A stretch of 64,000 nt of DNA from Anaerovoracaceae bacterium (lineage in GTDB: Bacteria > Bacillota > Clostridia > Peptostreptococcales > Anaerovoracaceae): the NCBI GenBank assembly GCA_963665645.2, contig CAXXQN010000010.1, forward strand, positions 42,683 to 106,682, written 5' to 3'. The translations under genes and the position numbers were made by a program. Under the pieces are notes generated by a model. That model saw only the letters and a list, made by a program, of their open reading frames with translations. It ran no database searches and had not been told where the DNA came from. This document shows, in pieces, positions 10,206-19,277 of this stretch; position 1 is the first letter of the stretch, and each line of letters opens with the position of its first letter.

Positions 10206-10270
10206 GCCCTTTTAGCGCATTATACACCGTCAAAATCCTCACTGAAAGGAGAAAATATTTTTTTTATTTT
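10206..10270 (-). repeat. degenerate partial copy of the intergenic repeat family seen at 15801-15927
   Basis: TTATACACCGTCAAAATCCTCACTGAAAGGAGAAAATATTTTTT compared with TGATACTCCGTCAATATCGCTGAAAGCAATATTTCC. Similarity judged by eye. Confidence 0.3.
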
Positions 10271-10324
10271 TCAACATTAGATGCATGATTTTTTTATTTA
10301 ATGCCAATTAATATTTTTCTCCAT

Positions 10325-10366
10325 AAAAAAACGGCTAAATCAACTTCAGCCGTTTTCTCTTTTTCT
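10325..10366. terminator. bidirectional terminator between convergent genes (acetyltransferase gene / glmS)
   Basis: A-run, ACGGCT-n11-AGCCGT, T-run. Confidence 0.6.
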
Positions 10367-10381
10367 ATACATTATTACTAT

Positions 10382-12211
10382 TTACTCTACCGTAACCGAC
10401 TTTGCCAGATTCTTCGGTTTGTCAATATCGCAACCTCTCAGCTTAGCGATATTATAGGCCAGCAGCTGAAGTGGAACTACAGAAAGCAGCGGAGTCAGCT
10501 CATCCATGCAATCCGGGATGTAAATCACCTTGTTTGCCTGCTTTTCAATCTCTTTATTGCCTTCTTTGGCAAGACCTATGACATAAGCACCTCTGGCCTT
10601 GACTTCCTGAATATTGGAAAGCATCTTTTCAAAGAGCCGGTCTTGTGTAGCCAATGCGATAACAAGCGTACCCTGTTCGATCAAAGCAATGGTTCCATGT
10701 TTCAATTCTCCTGCCGCAATGGCAAAGGAGTTGATGTAGGAGATTTCCTTCAGCTTCAGTGACCCTTCACAGGAAACGCCGGAATCCAAACCTCTTCCGA
10801 TGAAGAATACCTGCTCAAGCTTATATTGCTCTTTTGCGATTTCCAGTATCACATTTTCCTGTTCCAGCAGATTCCTGAGTTTATCCGGAATCTCCTTTAA
10901 TTCTTCAACATAACGATGGTACGTGTCCATATCGATAATGCCCTTGGTCTGACCCATATATAATGCGATTAGGTACATGCACATCAGCTGGGTCGTATAT
11001 GCTTTCGTGGAGGCAACGGCAATTTCCGGGCCTGCCCATGTATAAAATACGTCATCTGATTCTCTGGCTACAGAGCTTCCAACCACGTTGACGACGGATA
11101 AAATACGAGCACCTTTGCTCTTCGCTTCTCTGAGAGCTGCCAGAGTATCCAGCGTTTCTCCCGACTGACTGATGGCGATAAATAACGTCTTATCATCCAC
11201 AAACGGGTCCCGATATCGGAATTCTGAAGCAACATCCACTTCTACCTGTATTTTAGCCAGCTTTTCAATGATAAATTTGCCTACCAGTCCGGCATGATAA
11301 GCCGTACCGCAAGCAACAATATATACTTTGTTGAATTTCTCCAACTCTTCCTTTGTCAGTGAAATTCCATCCAGTTTGATAATTCCGTTTTCATCAAGCC
11401 TTCTGTTCAGCGTTTCATAAAGCCCCTTTGGCTGCTCTTTGATTTCCTTGATCATGAAGTGATCATAGCCTTCCTTTTCTGCCGCGTCTGCATCCCATGT
11501 GACGTGGAATACATCCCTCTTCACTTCTTTTCTGTCCCCGTTATAAATCTTAACCTCATTCTTGGTTAAAACAACGGTTTCATTATTTTCGATCAGATAA
11601 ATTTTTCTAACGTGCTTTAACAAGGCGGGAATATCCGATGCGATAAAATTGCAGCCTTCGCCCAAACCGACTACAAGAGGACTATCCTTTCTTACCGCAA
11701 CCAGTTTATCCGGTTCTTTACTGCAGATCACTCCGATCCCATAGGCTCCTCTCATCTTGTCTACCGCTTTATAAACAGCATCAATCAAATCACCATCATA
11801 ATAGAGCCCAACCAAATGAGCAATGACTTCCGTATCAGTTTCTGAGGCAAAGACGATTCCATGCTCACGAATCAGCCATTCCCTCAGTTCAACATAATTC
11901 TCAATGATACCATTATGTACGATGGCAATGGTATGATCCATATTGCTGTGCGGATGCGCGTTGATATCCGATGGCGCTCCGTGAGTTGCCCATCTGGTAT
12001 GTCCGATTCCGATGCTGCTGTTAAAATGTTCCTTTTCAATGGCCGCTTCCAGATTAGCAATTCTTCCCTTGAATTTTCTTACTTCGATTTTTCCGTTTTT
12101 ATAAACAGCTATCCCAGAAGAATCATAACCTCTATATTCCAGTTTTTTCAGTCCATCAATAATAATGTCACTTGCATTGCCATCGCCAATATAACCAACG
12201 ATTCCACACAT
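10382..12211 (-). CDS. glmS: glutamine--fructose-6-phosphate aminotransferase
   Basis: 609 aa. MCGIVGY N-terminal nucleophile, two SIS domains, C-terminal ...KSVTVE. Confidence 0.95.
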   Translation of the reverse strand: MCGIVGYIGDGNASDIIIDGLKKLEYRGYDSSGIAVYKNGKIEVRKFKGRIANLEAAIEKEHFNSSIGIGHTRWATHGAPSDINAHPHSNMDHTIAIVHNGIIENYVELREWLIREHGIVFASETDTEVIAHLVGLYYDGDLIDAVYKAVDKMRGAYGIGVICSKEPDKLVAVRKDSPLVVGLGEGCNFIASDIPALLKHVRKIYLIENNETVVLTKNEVKIYNGDRKEVKRDVFHVTWDADAAEKEGYDHFMIKEIKEQPKGLYETLNRRLDENGIIKLDGISLTKEELEKFNKVYIVACGTAYHAGLVGKFIIEKLAKIQVEVDVASEFRYRDPFVDDKTLFIAISQSGETLDTLAALREAKSKGARILSVVNVVGSSVARESDDVFYTWAGPEIAVASTKAYTTQLMCMYLIALYMGQTKGIIDMDTYHRYVEELKEIPDKLRNLLEQENVILEIAKEQYKLEQVFFIGRGLDSGVSCEGSLKLKEISYINSFAIAAGELKHGTIALIEQGTLVIALATQDRLFEKMLSNIQEVKARGAYVIGLAKEGNKEIEKQANKVIYIPDCMDELTPLLSVVPLQLLAYNIAKLRGCDIDKPKNLAKSVTVE

Positions 12212-12222
12212 AGAATTTCCCC

Positions 12223-13572
12223 CTATCCAAATCTTTTTGTCAACAAAGAAGCCAGATTTTCTGCCCGCTTTGTAATCTGCTCAATATCCTTACCCTCTAT
12301 CATGACTCGAACCAGCGGTTCTGTCCCCGACGGACGAATGAGAACTCTGCCTTCCCCGGCCATTAAATCTTCTAATCGCTTAATTTCAGCACTGATTTCC
12401 GGGTCTGACATATATTTTTTCTTGTTTTCATTTTTAATTTTAGCATTCTTCAGTACCTGAGGATAAATGGTTACCTCATCTGCCAATACCGACGGCTTTA
12501 CTCCTGATGCCTTTACTGCCCTCAGTAACTGCAATGCAGACAAAATGCCATCTCCTGTAGTAGTGTGATTCAGAAAAATGATATGTCCAGACTGTTCCCC
12601 GCCGATAATACAGCCTGTTTTCAGCATACTTTCCAGAACATAACGGTCTCCTACCTGCGTCGTTTCCACATTGCAGCCAATGCCCTCAAGGGCTCGATGG
12701 AAGCCGATGTTGCTCATTACGGTAGCAGTCACCTTATCTCCCGGAAGCTCATCTCTTTCTTTTAGCATTTTCGCACAGATATAGATCATCTTATCCCCAT
12801 CAATCAAACGACCCGATTCATCCACTGCAATCAGTCTGTCAGCATCACCATCAAAGGCCAGCCCTAAATCAGCCTGAGACGATACCACCATTTTTTGCAG
12901 TTCTTTCGGATGGGTGGAGCCGCATCGGTCGTTGATATTCATACCATCCGGATCATTATGAATGGCCGTAACATCCGCACCAAGCTCTCGAAATACCTTC
13001 TCTGCAACCTTATAGGAAGCCCCGTTGGCACAGTCAATCACTAACCTCATGCCTTTTAAATCGGTATCAAATGTACTTTTCAAAAAATTTGCATATAAAA
13101 CAAGTGCATCTTCTTCCGCTTCCAGACAGCGACCCAGCTTATCCCCGGTAATATGACTGTTTACATCAATATTTCTAAGTATAATATCTTCAATTTCATC
13201 TTCAATTTCATCATCCAGCTTAAAGCCTTCCCCATTAAAAAATTTAATCCCATTGTATTCAAAAGGATTGTGAGATGCCGAAATAACCACGCCCGCATCA
13301 GCCTTGAAGTGTCTTACCAGATATGCTATCGCAGGGGTGGGAAGTACTCCCGCTTTGATCACATTCCCCCCCATTGCAAGAATCCCGGCACTGATCGCAT
13401 CTTCAAGCATATCTCCCGATATTCTCGTATCCTTTGCAATAAGAACAATCGGCCTTTGCTGATCCTTGCTGAGAACATAAGCTCCAGCCTTTCCAAGATT
13501 AAACGCGAGCTCCGGTGTAAGTTCAGAATTTGCCACTCCTCTTACACCGTCTGTTCCAAAAAGTCTGCCCAT
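12223..13572 (-). CDS. glmM: phosphoglucosamine mutase
   Basis: 449 aa. Phosphoserine loop ISASHNPFEYNGIKFF. Confidence 0.95.
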   Translation of the reverse strand: MGRLFGTDGVRGVANSELTPELAFNLGKAGAYVLSKDQQRPIVLIAKDTRISGDMLEDAISAGILAMGGNVIKAGVLPTPAIAYLVRHFKADAGVVISASHNPFEYNGIKFFNGEGFKLDDEIEDEIEDIILRNIDVNSHITGDKLGRCLEAEEDALVLYANFLKSTFDTDLKGMRLVIDCANGASYKVAEKVFRELGADVTAIHNDPDGMNINDRCGSTHPKELQKMVVSSQADLGLAFDGDADRLIAVDESGRLIDGDKMIYICAKMLKERDELPGDKVTATVMSNIGFHRALEGIGCNVETTQVGDRYVLESMLKTGCIIGGEQSGHIIFLNHTTTGDGILSALQLLRAVKASGVKPSVLADEVTIYPQVLKNAKIKNENKKKYMSDPEISAEIKRLEDLMAGEGRVLIRPSGTEPLVRVMIEGKDIEQITKRAENLASLLTKRFG

Positions 13573-13586
13573 GATTTATCTCCTTA

Positions 13587-14795
13587 TTATTCTGATTCTG
13601 TTTGATTTAATGCAATGTGAACCTCTTCCGGATCCACTGTGATATGTCCCAGCTGCTTATCATAACGAACCTGTACCTTTGCTGTTGCAGAAATCAAAGA
13701 CTCTGCATCCAGCTCAAGATATGGTTCCAAATCTTCTTTTGTTAATTCCGCAATCACGTCTTCACTTCCGGATGCGGTTACTATAATCTCCGGTGTTGTG
13801 ATTGTAATACTGTTTACTCCATCAACTCCCTCCAAAGATATTTCCTCTGCAGTATAGGTAAACTCCTTCGTTGCGACAGGTTTGATTGTAATATCCACAG
13901 CCAGGTTTTCATAACCGTCGGCAAACTCAACCCCTTTGGGAAGCGGAATATCAATTGGAATTTGTGATGTATTGGATACCTCGCTGATATCAATCGCCGA
14001 AGCTGTCAATCCATCAACTCCTGCCAAGTCTTCCCATGTTCCCTTTATCTTCACACTGCTCGGCATATTAAGCTCAGTTATTTCATAAATCGGTGCAACT
14101 TCACCTGTAATTTCTACATTAAGCGGAACTTCTTTTACTTCACATAATTTCGCAGAAACGTCAATATAAGCGGACGATAATCTGACGTTCTGTACCACAT
14201 CACCAGAGCGGTTCACAGCCACTGCCGTTGCTTGAACCGTGCCGCCTTCTGTCGAAAGCTTGGACGTATTCACATCAGCCTTAATATAAGCGACCGCACT
14301 CACTTCTGATTTCGCTCCGGATACCTGAATCTCTCCCGGCTGGGTCGTAATTTGTCCCGCTTCAATTCCATCTTCAAACTGGCCGACAAAATGTACTCTG
14401 ATCTTCTTGGAAACTTCAATGAGCTCCTCAATGACTACGTTGATCTTGACCGGTGTCACTTCCACAACCGCAATTCCATCAGGAGCCGATACGGTTACCG
14501 GAATATAGTTTTTTCCGATGCTGTAGCCAAAAAGATCTGCATTGGCTATAATATCATTCGCTGAGATTTTTGTTAGATCTGCCCTTTTTGCTTTAATTTT
14601 AACATCTACCGTATAGACAGCTTCACCGGAAAGGGCAAGTCCTTTGGAAGTGAGGGTATCCTCATTCAAAAGTTGCACCGGTACGTCAGAAATCACCTGG
14701 GTTTTCATCGGATTCGTCGCTTGTATTACATATGCCCACAGCATAATTGCCATAAAAATCGATATAATTTTGTAAAAGGTATTACTGTTCAGCAT
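13587..14795 (-). CDS. cdaR: YbbR-domain protein, CdaA regulator
   Basis: 402 aa. N-terminal TM segment plus repeated YbbR-like beta domains. Sits between cdaA and glmM. Confidence 0.8.
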   Translation of the reverse strand: MLNSNTFYKIISIFMAIMLWAYVIQATNPMKTQVISDVPVQLLNEDTLTSKGLALSGEAVYTVDVKIKAKRADLTKISANDIIANADLFGYSIGKNYIPVTVSAPDGIAVVEVTPVKINVVIEELIEVSKKIRVHFVGQFEDGIEAGQITTQPGEIQVSGAKSEVSAVAYIKADVNTSKLSTEGGTVQATAVAVNRSGDVVQNVRLSSAYIDVSAKLCEVKEVPLNVEITGEVAPIYEITELNMPSSVKIKGTWEDLAGVDGLTASAIDISEVSNTSQIPIDIPLPKGVEFADGYENLAVDITIKPVATKEFTYTAEEISLEGVDGVNSITITTPEIIVTASGSEDVIAELTKEDLEPYLELDAESLISATAKVQVRYDKQLGHITVDPEEVHIALNQTESE

Positions 14796-15627
14796 CCTTG
14801 CGCCTCCTGATTTTATCTAGGAATGGAACCTTAACCTTTTCCGTCTGGATCTGACTTAAATAGATATTCAGCAAGGTTTTTTCAACAGTTTTGATATCAA
14901 GAAATCTGGAAAGCTTCCCATCTACTGCAATAGAAATAATCCCAGTCTCTTCCGATACGATAAGCGCTATCGCGTCGGAATTTTCCGTAATTCCAATTCC
15001 TGCTCTGTGTCTGGTTCCCAATTCCTTGCTCAGAGTCTTGCTCTGCGTCAAAGGAAGCACGCACCCCGCAGCAAAAACCCGATCCCCTCTAACGATAATA
15101 GCTCCGTCGTGCAACGGTGCCCCCACGTAAAAGATATTTCCCAGCAATTCTGTTGAAATTTCTGCGTTAATTTTTGTTCCCGTCTCTGCGATATCATTCA
15201 AAGTCGTCTCCCGTTCCATAATGATCAATGCACCGACTTTGTTGGATGAGAAAAAATCTACTGCTTTAATAATTGCTGCAGTGATCGTTTTTACTCTTTC
15301 TTTATCCATTTGTGCAAACGGAGGTGTAATAAATTTGCTTCGACCAACATATTCCAAAGCACGCCTGAGTTCTGGCTGGAAAACAATAACAAGTGCAATA
15401 ACGCCTAATGATATTGTATTACGAAGAATCCAATTCAGTGTATAGAGATTAAATTTATCCGATAAAATGGTAATCACAACCAAAATTAGCAGCCCTTTCA
15501 CAAGCTGCAACGCTCTGGTTTCCCTAATGAATCCTAAGACTTTATAGATCACAAACGCAACGATGCACACATCAATGACATCTGTGATTCCAACGCCGGA
15601 AATAATATTATCGAATATTTCTGACAT
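14782..15627 (-). CDS. cdaA: diadenylate cyclase
   Basis: Three N-terminal TM segments and a DAC domain (HDGAIIV, GTRHRAG). ATG at 15627 has a GGGGGAGAAG RBS, and the TTG at 15645 is less likely. Confidence 0.9.
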   Translation of the reverse strand: MSEIFDNIISGVGITDVIDVCIVAFVIYKVLGFIRETRALQLVKGLLILVVITILSDKFNLYTLNWILRNTISLGVIALVIVFQPELRRALEYVGRSKFITPPFAQMDKERVKTITAAIIKAVDFFSSNKVGALIIMERETTLNDIAETGTKINAEISTELLGNIFYVGAPLHDGAIIVRGDRVFAAGCVLPLTQSKTLSKELGTRHRAGIGITENSDAIALIVSEETGIISIAVDGKLSRFLDIKTVEKTLLNIYLSQIQTEKVKVPFLDKIRRRKDAEQ

Positions 15628-15727
15628 AGATCTCTTCTCCCCCAAGTTTCTGCTGAACGCCCGGCTTCAACCGGATTAGAATTCTTTCAATTCGCAAAGC
15701 AAAATTGAATGCGACAGTCTTATAATT

Positions 15728-15756
15728 ATTGTACCGAATAAAGTGCTACATTTCAA
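15728..15756 (-). promoter_or_regulatory. candidate sigma-A promoter of the cdaA operon
   Basis: On the minus strand, TTGAAA-17 nt-TACAAT, about 80 nt upstream of the cdaA start. Confidence 0.45.
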
Positions 15757-15800
15757 TAGGTTTTAAGGAGAAATTCAAACAACAAGAATGTAAAAAAAGT

Positions 15801-15927
15801 GGAAATGACGGAATCGAGGCTTCCTATTTCCAAATGTCGCCGCAAGGGCGACGACGGTCAAGGAGCTTTCTTTGATACTCCGTCAATATCGCTGAAAGCA
15901 ATATTTCCTACTGAATAAAAAAAGTGG
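15801..15927 (-). repeat. hairpin-rich intergenic repeat, copy A1 (boundaries approximate)
   Basis: Three hairpins: 15801-15831, 15836-15852, 15885-15905. About 90% identical to 20804-20927. On the minus strand, hairpin 1 is followed by U7. Confidence 0.75.
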
Positions 15928-16025
15928 CTGACGCCACGCTTGTGCGACGCGGAATTTATCACTACGTCGTACTTTTTTGTTGCGTCATGGTTTTTTATCC
16001 TTTAAAATTTACTTGGTGATGTTTT

Positions 16026-17144
16026 GTGAGTTCGAAGTTTACCATCAAGCAAATATTTCAAGATCACTGGCCCGCATTCCTCTCTTCCAATCCAAGCATT
16101 CGTCCTATCGTCAAGGATGAAGTTGAAAAAATGCTTAATTGCGGTGATTTGAAAAAGGGCTATGGTCTCTACTACTGTCATCACTGCAATCGATTCCATT
16201 ATGTGCCTTTTCGCTGCAAATCCCGCTTCTGCAATACCTGCGGCACCGCCTATCAGGCAGATCGTGCCGATTCCATATCTGCAAAGCTGATTAACTGCCG
16301 CCACAGGCATATTGTTTTTACGATCCCTCAAGAGCTTCGTGAGCTTTTTAGAAAAAACCGCGCCCTTTTGGATCTTCTTTTTAAGGCTGCTGCTCAAACG
16401 ATTACCAACTGGTTTTACAATCAGAATCATAAGGAATCCTTTACTCCCGGTATAGTCTGTTCCCTTCATACCTTCGGTCGCGATCTCAAGTGGAATCCAC
16501 ATATCCATATGATTGTATCCGAAGGTGCCTGCGGCCTGCTTACTCCTTGGAAAGCATTCAACTTTTTCCCTTATGTGATGCTGCGGAAAAAATGGCAGAC
16601 TACCTTGCTTTATCACCTTGAGCGACACTTCGATAATGATTCGTTCAAATTCCTGAAAAACAAAATGTATTCCAACAACAAGGACGGTTTCTATGTCCAC
16701 GCTCCCAAATCTGATTTTAACTCTCCCAAAACCGTCGCTAATTACATCACCAGATATATCGGAAGGCCTGCCTTGGCTCAATCACGTATTACGAATTACG
16801 ATGGGCAAAACATCTCTTTTTGGTACAACCGCCATGAAGATGAACAACGTCAGGACGAAACCATCCCTGCTTTTGAATTCATCGAAAGGCTTATCATTCA
16901 CATTCATGAAAAGTATTTCAACACGTTGCGCTATTACGGTCTCTATGCGAAAAAGCATAAGTTTGCCGATAGGCTTGTTTTCCTTCTTTCAAGACATTCT
17001 GCGAAAGCCCGCCTCTTGTGCAGAAATTGGGCTTTCCGAATCGAACTATCCTTTGGCTATGATCCCACTAGATGCTCTTGTGGAAACTATATGGAATTTC
17101 TCGGCGTTTTCCGGCCTGGTGATGTTGCCTTTATGCCCCCTTGA
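16026..17144 (+). CDS. IS91-family Y2 HUH transposase, copy 1
   Basis: GTG start 5 nt after GGTGAT. Cys-rich Zn region (CHHC...CKSRFCNTC), HUH-like NPHIHMIV, two-Tyr motif ANYITRYIGRP. Confidence 0.85.
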   Translation: MSSKFTIKQIFQDHWPAFLSSNPSIRPIVKDEVEKMLNCGDLKKGYGLYYCHHCNRFHYVPFRCKSRFCNTCGTAYQADRADSISAKLINCRHRHIVFTIPQELRELFRKNRALLDLLFKAAAQTITNWFYNQNHKESFTPGIVCSLHTFGRDLKWNPHIHMIVSEGACGLLTPWKAFNFFPYVMLRKKWQTTLLYHLERHFDNDSFKFLKNKMYSNNKDGFYVHAPKSDFNSPKTVANYITRYIGRPALAQSRITNYDGQNISFWYNRHEDEQRQDETIPAFEFIERLIIHIHEKYFNTLRYYGLYAKKHKFADRLVFLLSRHSAKARLLCRNWAFRIELSFGYDPTRCSCGNYMEFLGVFRPGDVAFMPP

Positions 17145-17177
17145 TGTGTATAATGGTGCCATTGGAGGTACTGCAAA

Positions 17178-17450
17178 ATGACTAAGCATATTTATATGAA
17201 AAAATCTGAATACAATCGAATCACCGCCGAGAAACTACGCACTAAATATATGAAGAATCCGCCTGAAGGATATACAAAATCAGAAATCAAATCGATGTCG
17301 GATGATTCCATCCTTGACATGGACTATTTTCTTCACGAAGAGTCCTACGACTTTTACGATGATGATTTCCCCGCTGAAGAGCCTGATGAAATCATCCATC
17401 TTATCGATGATTTACCTAAAGATCCTGTGGATGAGGATATTCCTTGGTAA
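17178..17450 (+). CDS. 90-aa acidic hypothetical protein carried by the IS, copy 1
   Basis: ATG lies 9 nt after GGAGG. Asp/Glu-rich C-terminal half. Followed by a GAGGCC-n6-GGCCTC hairpin plus T-rich run. Confidence 0.55.
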   Translation: MTKHIYMKKSEYNRITAEKLRTKYMKNPPEGYTKSEIKSMSDDSILDMDYFLHEESYDFYDDDFPAEEPDEIIHLIDDLPKDPVDEDIPW

Positions 17451-17651
17451 TCAGGTTCTGTTTTCTTATGCGCTTCTTTCCCTTGAGGCCTTTTGGGGCC
17501 TCTATTTTTATTCCTGGTTTTGAACGATATTTCCTACTGAATAAAAAAAGTGGCTGACGCCACGCTTGTGCGACGCGGAATTTATCACTACGTCGTACTT
17601 TTTTGTTGCGTCATGGTTTTTTATCCTTTAAAATTTACTTGGTGATGTTTT

Positions 17652-18770
17652 GTGAGTTCGAAGTTTACCATCAAGCAAATATTTCAAGATCACTGGCCCG
17701 CATTCCTCTCTTCCAATCCAAGCATTCGTCCTATCGTCAAGGATGAAGTTGAAAAAATGCTTAATTGCGGTGATTTGAAAAAGGGCTATGGTCTCTACTA
17801 CTGTCATCACTGCAATCGATTCCATTATGTGCCTTTTCGCTGCAAATCCCGCTTCTGCAATACCTGCGGCACCGCCTATCAGGCAGATCGTGCCGATTCC
17901 ATATCTGCAAAGCTGATTAACTGCCGCCACAGGCATATTGTTTTTACGATCCCTCAAGAGCTTCGTGAGCTTTTTAGAAAAAACCGCGCCCTTTTGGATC
18001 TTCTTTTTAAGGCTGCTGCTCAAACGATTACCAACTGGTTTTACAATCAGAATCATAAGGAATCCTTTACTCCCGGTATAGTCTGTTCCCTTCATACCTT
18101 CGGTCGCGATCTCAAGTGGAATCCACATATCCATATGATTGTATCCGAAGGTGCCTGCGGCCTGCTTACTCCTTGGAAAGCATTCAACTTTTTCCCTTAT
18201 GTGATGCTGCGGAAAAAATGGCAGACTACCTTGCTTTATCACCTTGAGCGACACTTCGATAATGATTCGTTCAAATTCCTGAAAAACAAAATGTATTCCA
18301 ACAACAAGGACGGTTTCTATGTCCACGCTCCCAAATCTGATTTTAACTCTCCCAAAACCGTCGCTAATTACATCACCAGATATATCGGAAGGCCTGCCTT
18401 GGCTCAATCACGTATTACGAATTACGATGGGCAAAACATCTCTTTTTGGTACAACCGCCATGAAGATGAACAACGTCAGGACGAAACCATCCCTGCTTTT
18501 GAATTCATCGAAAGGCTTATCATTCACATTCATGAAAAGTATTTCAACACGTTGCGCTATTACGGTCTCTATGCGAAAAAGCATAAGTTTGCCGATAGGC
18601 TTGTTTTCCTTCTTTCAAGACATTCTGCGAAAGCCCGCCTCTTGTGCAGAAATTGGGCTTTCCGAATCGAACTATCCTTTGGCTATGATCCCACTAGATG
18701 CTCTTGTGGAAACTATATGGAATTTCTCGGCGTTTTCCGGCCTGGTGATGTTGCCTTTATGCCCCCTTGA
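17652..18770 (+). CDS. IS91-family Y2 HUH transposase, copy 2
   Basis: Translation identical to copy 1. Confidence 0.85.
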   Translation: MSSKFTIKQIFQDHWPAFLSSNPSIRPIVKDEVEKMLNCGDLKKGYGLYYCHHCNRFHYVPFRCKSRFCNTCGTAYQADRADSISAKLINCRHRHIVFTIPQELRELFRKNRALLDLLFKAAAQTITNWFYNQNHKESFTPGIVCSLHTFGRDLKWNPHIHMIVSEGACGLLTPWKAFNFFPYVMLRKKWQTTLLYHLERHFDNDSFKFLKNKMYSNNKDGFYVHAPKSDFNSPKTVANYITRYIGRPALAQSRITNYDGQNISFWYNRHEDEQRQDETIPAFEFIERLIIHIHEKYFNTLRYYGLYAKKHKFADRLVFLLSRHSAKARLLCRNWAFRIELSFGYDPTRCSCGNYMEFLGVFRPGDVAFMPP

Positions 18771-18803
18771 TGTGTATAATGGTGCCATTGGAGGTACTGC
18801 AAA

Positions 18804-19076
18804 ATGACTAAGCATATTTATATGAAAAAATCTGAATACAATCGAATCACCGCCGAGAAACTACGCACTAAATATATGAAGAATCCGCCTGAAGGATATA
18901 CAAAATCAGAAATCAAATCGATGTCGGATGATTCCATCCTTGACATGGACTATTTTCTTCACGAAGAGTCCTACGACTTTTACGATGATGATTTCCCCGC
19001 TGAAGAGCCTGATGAAATCATCCATCTTATCGATGATTTACCTAAAGATCCTGTGGATGAGGATATTCCTTGGTAA
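18804..19076 (+). CDS. 90-aa acidic hypothetical protein, copy 2
   Basis: Translation identical to copy 1. Confidence 0.55.
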   Translation: MTKHIYMKKSEYNRITAEKLRTKYMKNPPEGYTKSEIKSMSDDSILDMDYFLHEESYDFYDDDFPAEEPDEIIHLIDDLPKDPVDEDIPW

Positions 19077-19277
19077 TCAGGTTCTGTTTTCTTATGCGCT
19101 TCTTTCCCTTGAGGCCTTTTGGGGCCTCTATTTTTATTCCTGGTTTTGAACGATATTTCCTACTGAATAAAAAAAGTGGCTGACGCCACGCTTGTGCGAC
19201 GCGGAATTTATCACTACGTCGTACTTTTTTGTTGCGTCATGGTTTTTTATCCTTTAAAATTTACTTGGTGATGTTTT

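Noticed and set aside
12212-12222. glmS ribozyme upstream of glmS.
   Set aside because: Only 11 nt separate glmM and glmS. I did not recognise a ribozyme-like sequence in the glmM 3' end by eye.
16002-16781. 259-aa minus-strand ORF (also at 17628-18407 and 19254-20033) overlapping the IS transposase gene.
   Set aside because: It lies entirely antisense to a well-supported transposase ORF and has no recognisable motifs. Its only inter-copy change is the mirror of the transposase SNP. It is most likely a chance antisense ORF.
16693-17181. 162-aa plus-strand ORF in an alternative frame of the transposase gene, repeated in each unit.
   Set aside because: It overlaps the transposase out of frame, is low-complexity and Ser/Leu-rich, and has no RBS. 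It is an overlap artefact.
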